Below the pieces are notes generated by a model. It searched no databases and was not told the DNA's origin. It worked only from the letters and a program-made list of their open reading frames with translations. A program made the translations under genes and the position numbers. A stretch of 62,475 bases of DNA, counting the filler, from Platydemus manokwari (lineage: Eukaryota): the NCBI GenBank assembly GCA_037951405.1. It is 5 parts of 5 records of this genome, joined end to end, with 100 filler letters (N's around TTAATTAATTAA, not from the genome) between each part and the next. Parts side by side here need not be neighbours in the genome. Positions count along the whole stretch, not along the records: positions 53,165 to 62,475 come from JBBMOY011267651.1; 4 more parts are not named here. One strand, written 5' to 3'. Positions 55,266-62,475 of the stretch are shown one piece after another. Position 1 is the first letter of the stretch. Each line of letters opens with the position of its first letter.

Positions 55266-56359
55266 TACAATTTAAATTTTTTAATTTTTACAAATTAATT
55301 TTATTGGTTATGATATAATTATTTTAATTTAATGAATGTGCAGCGGTTTGAAGCTTTAGAGCAATTGGTTTGTTGACTGATTGTTATTAAAATGTAAAAG
55401 AAACTAATAAGATTTGTGTAGAAGATCTCAAATAATCTTAGTTTTGGCATGTGAATGGATCTTTTTGTTTCATTCCAAAACCTTGTTGGAAGCCTTATAA
55501 TTATTTAATAGTGGTGAATTAATTTTGTGTTTTTACTAAAGCTAAGTTTTTTGTTTAATGAAAATTGTAATAGTACAAGAAATGATTTTATCAAATTTAT
55601 AATCATGAATTATTAAAATCTTAGTGATACATTATGTTTTTTAAAATTTATCAATAGGATTATTTTTTGCAATAAATTTAGACTTCACTGATTGAATTTC
55701 CTTATAAAATATTTTGATTTAATCAATATTAAAATTCAGAAAAAACCCATTAAACTTTAAATTTTCGCCTCTTGAAATGTATTATTTGTCGTAATTAATC
55801 TCTTCAGTTAAACATTAAATCTCTTGTTGCTACTTAAAATAAAAGTTTTCCAATTTAAAATTAATATATAAGTATTTTTTATTTTAAATGATTAAAAATG
55901 ATTTATGAAAAATTCTCGAATTTTTTTTAAATCATTCATTTTTTCTCATTTCGTGTTTTGGAATTCTCTATTTTCCCCTGTTGATGGAGTCTGGTGTTTA
56001 TCACCCTATCTGTTTACTTAACAGATGATATGATCCAATTAAATAAGTTTTATAATCAGACTCTCGAACCTGTTGTTCCCAAATTAGAACATGTGATTAG
56101 CAAACTAGTGCTAAGTAATCCATGAGTTCGAACTGTCTATTAATGAAGAAGAAATAATGTTACCGATAATGAAAAAATTAAATATTTATAAAAATATGTT
56201 GTCTATTATCACATGTTAAAATATAATTATGAAAACAACCTATTTAACTCCAGCAGATGATTTAATAATACGATTGAGTACAAGAGGACCAGAAATATAA
56301 CTGAATTTCACCCTTTAAAAATTTTAAAATTATTAAGCATAAATGGCTATATATATGTA

Positions 56360-56760
56360 TATAGCGTGCAATTCATAAGTCGCCGTCTCTAAAACTAAAA
56401 TAAAACAATAGTGAGAACAAAGTAAATATATCGAGTCTGTGAAGTCATACGCACTCGTGCAGTTTCTCGTTGATTTATGCCATCATTCTCTTACAAAATT
56501 TACCACCTTTTTCTTCATTATTTCATCAGACGGTCTTTCTGATCGCAACCTAGTGGATAAGTTTCCGGTTTTTTCAAACTTCTATTTCAAGTATTGAACT
56601 GTTGTCCTAGCTGGTAGTGCACGATTGAAATGTTGAATTTCATGGCAAACTTTATTACTACTCTGGTCACTATTGCATGGCTAACTATAAACACTCTACC
56701 CGCATGGGAAAATTTAATACCTCCAGCTAATTTCTTTATACTTCAATAACGCAACTGATT
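56360..56760 (-). mobile_element. Tc1/mariner-superfamily transposase N-terminal remnant (HTH region)
   Basis: Minus strand gives LPARTTVQYLK*KFEKTGNLSTRLRSERP, matching the P-x-R-x-T-I...KF-x-x-TG...RSGRP pattern. The left end tatagcgtg resembles a TA-CAGGGTG terminus. Confidence 0.6.
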
Positions 56761-57519
56761 AATATAAAATTAGAAATAAAGTACATTAATCAGTGAATAA
56801 TAATTAATATCAATGCGTATAAATATGTGAGTATAGATTATATTATGTTTTGTTGTTTTATTTAGTTTAAGAAAAGGAAACTATTAGGAATCTATCCAAG
56901 CACAAATCAATATAATCAAACAAAACCATAAAAAGACAAAATTGAAATAACAAAATTTTATGTGTTAATATAAATTAATAAAAGTAATATTATCAATGCT
57001 AGATATTAAATTGCTTGATTTAACTTATTATTAAATGTACGCCATACTTGGTTTTGAAAAAAACTCTAAAATAATTAAAAAATGTGAATAAAAAGTAATG
57101 GTAATTGGAGAGGATCATTTTCTAAACCCAATCTTCATTAACCTAAACCAAATAACATGGAAATTATAAGTTGTGACAATTTTATGTGTGAACAATTCTT
57201 ATGACATCTATTTACGAACAATTTACATGATATTTATTTATGTAAATTTATTTATTAAAATTTATTAAATTAACTTATTGTTAAATGATAATTATGATAC
57301 CGATAATGCTGTAATAAGAAAATATGAAATTTAATAACTCTTAAACAATCTTTCTTCGATGAAAATAATTCTAATAATAAACTTTGATCCGAAAAATTTC
57401 CGCTCCGAACTTAAGTGGGTCAATGTTATGAAATGCTCTACCTTTATATATTATTTTTCTACGGATTTTTCCAAATTTTTTAATTTTTAAACCAATTTTA
57501 TTCTCACTCGAGGTACAAA

Positions 57520-58010
57520 TTGTTACGTCCTGATGATTTGGTTGATATTACAATAATGTCTTATGGTATTTGTGATTTTGATGACTCTCAAGAGGGAATT
57601 TACCTAATAGTTAGTTAATCTTTCGTCTCAATTACTTTAGCTCTGGTTTTGCTGGGAAAGCACTGGCTGGCTAATGCTTTACTAAATAGTGAGGAGAGCG
57701 AAGATGAGGAAACTCCATTTACTGTTAGCTCTTATGGTGAATGGAAGCACAAAATAGCCGAGGAAAAAACCCAACAATAACAACAGACACCACAGGAATC
57801 TGTGCATAGAGAAGCGGTATTTAAAAAGCCCATAAAAAACCAGAGACCACCGCGCTTGAAATAAACCGCACCTGTAAAACCAAATTCAGCTGCGCTCATA
57901 AAACCAAACCCAAAATGGGAAACTTGGAAAATCAAAACTGGAGTGTGAATTTGGTCAACGAGAATTCGAATCTTCGATAATCCAGTTCCAACTTTGACAA
58001 TCCAGAGTCA
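57520..58010 (+). pseudogene. Decayed ORF of an unknown repeated protein family, copy 2
   Basis: LRPDDLVDITIMSYGIC...CWESTGWLMLY / NSEESEDEETPFTVSSYGEW...VFKKP...TAPVKPN...KWETWKIKTGV*IW; colinear with the 38800-39249 copy, with stops and frameshifts. Confidence 0.65.
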
Positions 58011-58319
58011 ATTCAGAAATTTGTGAATAACATTAATTGATGACATTTTGATAATCTGAAAAAAACATTTTTTATAATTTGATAATTTGACAAAACATTT
58101 TGAGCTTTGAGCATTGTAAATGATGATTTTGTATAAAAATTAAGTAACATTTTTATGAGTTATGATATTGTAAAATATTATTGAATAAAAATATGTGAAA
58201 TAAATATAGGTTATTAAAAATATGTGCATAAAATATACATTATTATTAATAAATCAGACAATTACAATGAGAAATAAGGTAAAGAATAAACAAGAAATTT
58301 AATATTTAATTTGAAAGGT

Positions 58320-58937
58320 TTATTGTTTTATAATAAAAATTTATAAGGTTAGCTAATTTAATCGAATTTTGAAGTTTAAGAATTTTAAAAATGATAAACA
58401 ATTAGGGTTTAAAGTAAGAAAGTGATTTAAAATTGAGAAGGGTGATTGAAAAATTTAGATACAAAATACTGAATTTCAGCATCTATATAAGCTGATGAAT
58501 TTCCATCACAATTCACTTTAAAAAATCTGAAGGCTTGAAATCTTAATCGGTAGTGACTTGGAAAACTAATTTGGAGCGAAAACTATTTTAATCGATAATT
58601 TGATTCGGCAAAATAATAAAGGTAATAGGTAAACAAGTACTATTAATTACTTAATTTATAAACAGAAAAAATATTTAAAATTTAAATCACTCTTAAGAAT
58701 CCGCATTTGGAGTATATATTACAAACTCTATAATAAAATATTAAAGAATCAAACTAAGTTCTGATGATCACGGTGGGATAACTGCACAATTAGTTTAACA
58801 AACAATTGATTGAGGTAAATTGTCTGAGCCTATGTACTATTGTAATTTTGTGTTTATTATAACTAAATAAAAAACTATATAAAAAACTGATTTAGAGAAC
58901 TCACATAAACAGCAAAAACATCATACACAACCCAACA
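58320..58937 (+). mobile_element. LTR-like family A copy
   Basis: Colinear with 16500-17133, including cagcatctatataagctgatgaatttccatcacaattcact and terminal catacacaacccAACA. Confidence 0.65.
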
Positions 58938-60233
58938 GTTTGGAGATAAGGAAAGTGGAACTGGTCACTTATTTTTTATTATAATTTTATTAACTATAGA
59001 ACCTTCACAAATAAAAAAGCGGTTAAATAACAGTGCTTGATGATTTAAATGGAATGAATTCTTAACCCCATTTTGCTGCACTAACTGCACTAAAATTGTG
59101 TTTAATAAATCTATCTGTTATAACAAGATACAATTTAACTACTTTTATACCTAGTAAATAACAAAATACTGTCCAATTCTTGGACAAAAATAATTTATAG
59201 GACGCTTTCATAATATTGGCTCACAAACAGTACGACAAGATTGAGTCTAGCTCCATAAATATGATATATAAGACCGAATATACACGCATATGATTTCATA
59301 TCGCTTACCTATAACCTAGAAAGGCAATCATAACTTGGAAAGAAGTTTTTAAAGAATCTTCTTGTTATTGAACAGGATATATACTTCTAGATATAATTCG
59401 TGAGAATCACCCTTTAATAAATATTCTTCTAAATTTGAGTCTTGAGCTTTAGAATGATTCTAGTCGTTTCGGTATTAAATTCAAGAACAGAGTTCACAAG
59501 CAAATTTTATAAATCTATTTATGTCAAAAATATGCTTCAAATAACCTTTACTTGAGTCAAGAAGAGTTTCTAGAAATGAGTTTACAAAGATAGAACTATT
59601 CTATAACTTCTTTAAAATTAGAGATTGGTAATGGTTTTTTCGTTAATGCTTCAATTGTGATACTGATTGAGTTTGATTTCAACTTCCGAATACTTGTTCC
59701 TTTGTTACAAGACTGAATAAAATTATTTATTATTTTTTTTATTTAATTAATTTTTTTGTTTTCAGTCTTTATATTACAAATATTGAAGTATAATAATGAT
59801 TGAATTAGAAAATGAATTATAGTGTATTACAAGTACTTGTTCTTTTATGATAATTACACATTTCAAATTACTTTTATTATTTATTTCTGAAAATATAACA
59901 TTTGTTTAAGTAATCCATTTGCAAATGATGATTTTCAAAATTATAGTTTTTGTTAATTTTAACTGTCATTTATTTTATTTAAAATTTTTAAAGTCTACTA
60001 TCGTTTATATTTGATTTTTCCAATTTTCGTTTTATTTAAAGTGAATTTATTTAATTTTCTAATACTTTTCTATTTGGTTCTAAAATTTTACAATTTAAGA
60101 TATTTATAAAAACTATAATTCCGATTAATATCATTTACGAACTTAGAAATAAAGTTATATGAAACCAGTTTATATTTATTACTAATGTTACTTTTTACAG
60201 TACATTTTGACTCTACCATTGGTTATATTTTAG

Positions 60234-60452
60234 GCAAGTTTATTTAAAAAAGCTGTCTACGACAGTCGACCACTTTGGAAACTAGTTCAACGAAGATATG
60301 ATCCTCAAAAGATAATTAAAGAACAACTCAAATTTAATACCTATACTCCTCTACCTAAAATACCTTTTTTAGTCTGTTGGACTACTTGTGTTGGTGTAGC
60401 TGCAGCAGGAATTTATATTTATGGATGGGAGATGTTCGAGGATTATGATTAG
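60234..60452 (+). CDS. Coding exon of a ~73-aa single-pass microprotein, possibly mitochondrial; ATG must be supplied by splicing
   Basis: After acceptor ttttag, a GC-richer open frame reads ASLFKKAVYDSRPLWKLVQRRYDPQKIIKEQLKFNTYTPLPKIPFLVCWTTCVGVAAAGIYIYGWEMFEDYD*: basic N-terminus, one TM helix, acidic tail. AATAAA at 60483-60488. Not in the ORF track. Confidence 0.6.
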   Translation, partial: ASLFKKAVYDSRPLWKLVQRRYDPQKIIKEQLKFNTYTPLPKIPFLVCWTTCVGVAAAGIYIYGWEMFEDYD

Positions 60453-61204
60453 GACGATAGTTTATATTTATGATGCTTAATTAATAAAGATAGTTCTAGT
60501 TATTTTTAACTTGATTTTATTGAATTTCGTTTTTTAAACTATCGTTATTTATATTGATTTCTTAATTAAGCATTAATGTAATTGTTTAAAATTCTTCAAA
60601 TTATATGTTATCACGTCTCCGCGACAACAAATATTTATTTGACATGTTATCGTTATTAATAGATTCAATGCAGAAAAATTCTAATTTTAAAAAGAAATCT
60701 AACCAATTTGTAAATATTATGGATTAAGAGTGTCATCACTTAGTGCGTTGGCATATATTATCGGTTATCCAAGAAAACTTCATGATTTCACTAGCAAAGC
60801 TCATGAAGTACGAATAAAGAAATATATCTACGAAAAAATATTAATGAAATATCACAAAGTAAAAAAATCGAGAATAAACCAGTTATCATACGACTCACGT
60901 AATCATATTTAACAACTGAGGAAACTAAGGAAAAATATAAACTTTTAATTATAACTATTATTTTCTTTAAAGCAGTTTTATCAATTTAATTTGTCAAGTT
61001 CATTTTTTCAATTAGCAATATTGAATTAATTATATTTTTAAACATTGTTTTTATCATTTTAAGGAAATCAAGTCTTATTTATTGAAATATATAAGGAATT
61101 GGATTAAATTTTATTTCATAAGGAAACTATTTCCATTTTATTTTATTATTTTGTTTTTATAATTATAAATTAATATATAAATAATTACTTATAAATAAAT
61201 TATC

Positions 61205-61651
61205 ATGACAACGGTTCTTATGAAACGATTAAAAATGGAATTGAAATTTTTAAAAGAATGCCCATTAGTTGATGCCAAACCAAATGAAGATGACATTCTT
61301 CATTGGAAAGCAACTGTTCAAGGACCTCCTGACAGTCCCTATGAAGGAGGAATATTCAAATTTGATCTCTTCCTGCCTTCAGAGTATCCTTTTAAGGCAC
61401 CACAAGTCAATGTAGTTACAAAAATATTTCATCCCAACATACTTGAATCGAGAATCTGTGTGGATATTTTAGAAAATGGGTGGACTGCTGTTATGAACAT
61501 TCAAAAATTGCTTTTATCAATAGCATCTTTATTGACGGATCCCAATACTGCAAGTCCACTCAATGCCAAGGCGGCAAAATTATATGATTCGAACAGACAT
61601 AAGTACAATGAAGAAGTAATTCAATGGGTAAAAGATTTTGCATCAGAATAA
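61205..61651 (+). CDS. Ubiquitin-conjugating enzyme E2, divergent Ubc4/5 (UBE2D-like), intronless, 148 aa
   Basis: KRL..EL, W.ATVQGPPDSPYEGG.F, YPFKAP, TKIFHPNI, catalytic Cys in RICVDIL, LLTDPN..SPLN..AA; AATAAA at ~61693. Confidence 0.93.
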   Translation: MTTVLMKRLKMELKFLKECPLVDAKPNEDDILHWKATVQGPPDSPYEGGIFKFDLFLPSEYPFKAPQVNVVTKIFHPNILESRICVDILENGWTAVMNIQKLLLSIASLLTDPNTASPLNAKAAKLYDSNRHKYNEEVIQWVKDFASE

Positions 61652-62475
61652 AATGAAACTTTTATTTCTATATTAAGCACATCATAAATATTAATAAATT
61701 TGAAATAATTATTTTTTACTTTGACTTCAATTGACAACTCGAATCTAATTATATATGCGCAAGAGGTCAATATGTATCTTAAGAATATTGTTCTTTGGAA
61801 TAGGCATAATTATATTTATTACGTTTTTAACATTTTGCTTGATTGAAAGCTAATGTGTCTCCATACAGAAAAAAATTCACACAGAGCAAAAATATAATGT
61901 AAAATTATGTATAGTAACATGACAAAATTTTGTAACTAGTTTAGTTCTCAGAATATATGTAGTATTGCTTAATGTACACCCAGAGGAGTTCTTGATATTT
62001 GATAGCAGAATATCTACAACGGTTACTGGGAATTTTGTTATACAACCAGAGGGGGTCTCTATATTGATAGATTATCGGAGGTATACTACTTATGGAGTAT
62101 GTGATAATTTTATCATACTGTTTTTTAAATTCAAAAGTTCCGTTAGCCTACTACTTGTATAAGTCTCTTGAGTTCTTATTTTTTACTTAGTGGAATACCT
62201 TTTTACTTATTTTAATTAGTGCCAATTTTCATTATTTATTGATTTGGTTTTTATAATTGCAATTATTATTTCATTTTATTTATCCTACTTATTAATAATT
62301 ATCGATTAATTATATTTGATCATTGCTTTATTTTGATGTTTATTTATTTATTCATTTAGAAATTACTTTACTTTATTTTCCCTAAGTTCATTGCACTACT
62401 TTATTGTGATTTATTTAATTTTTTAATAAAGTCATTGATTTAATTTATCGTCGCTTTTTATTGATCATTCTACAA

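Noticed and set aside
38800-58010. TGA-as-Trp alternative genetic code in the unknown ORF family
   Set aside because: TAA stops and frameshifts are also present and host genes read normally in the standard code; TGG>TGA decay explains it.

Overview
Very AT-rich eukaryotic genomic DNA, not prokaryotic. The 41-60 nt introns mixed with multi-kb introns, the transposon types and the gene content are most consistent with a freshwater planarian (Dugesiidae; inference). The window is five segments (1-10149, 10250-19733, 19834-40365, 40466-53064, 53165-62475) joined by artificial 100-nt spacers (44 N + TTAATTAATTAA + 44 N), so linkage across spacers cannot be assumed. Host genes: an intronless orphan rhodopsin-class GPCR; the first two exons of PHF10 (SAY domain); the last seven exons of eEF2 kinase; the last two exons of an unidentified N/Q-rich protein; a three-exon kish/TMEM167 and a 72-codon single-pass microprotein exon (both missed by the ORF track); and an intronless divergent Ubc4/5-like E2. 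Most of the rest is transposon debris: a decayed NeSL/R5-type RLE non-LTR element with Ulp1 protease, other RLE fragments, two dispersed LTR-like families, mariner/Tc1 remnants and MITEs. Best leads: (i) two small genes starting at a splice acceptor exactly at codon 2, candidates for initiation by the flatworm spliced-leader AUG; (ii) a retroelement pairing a SUMO-protease domain with a SIM-like motif; (iii) an unknown protein present as two decayed copies near the same LTR family; (iv) a hammerhead-ribozyme-like motif within a hairpin-rich island.
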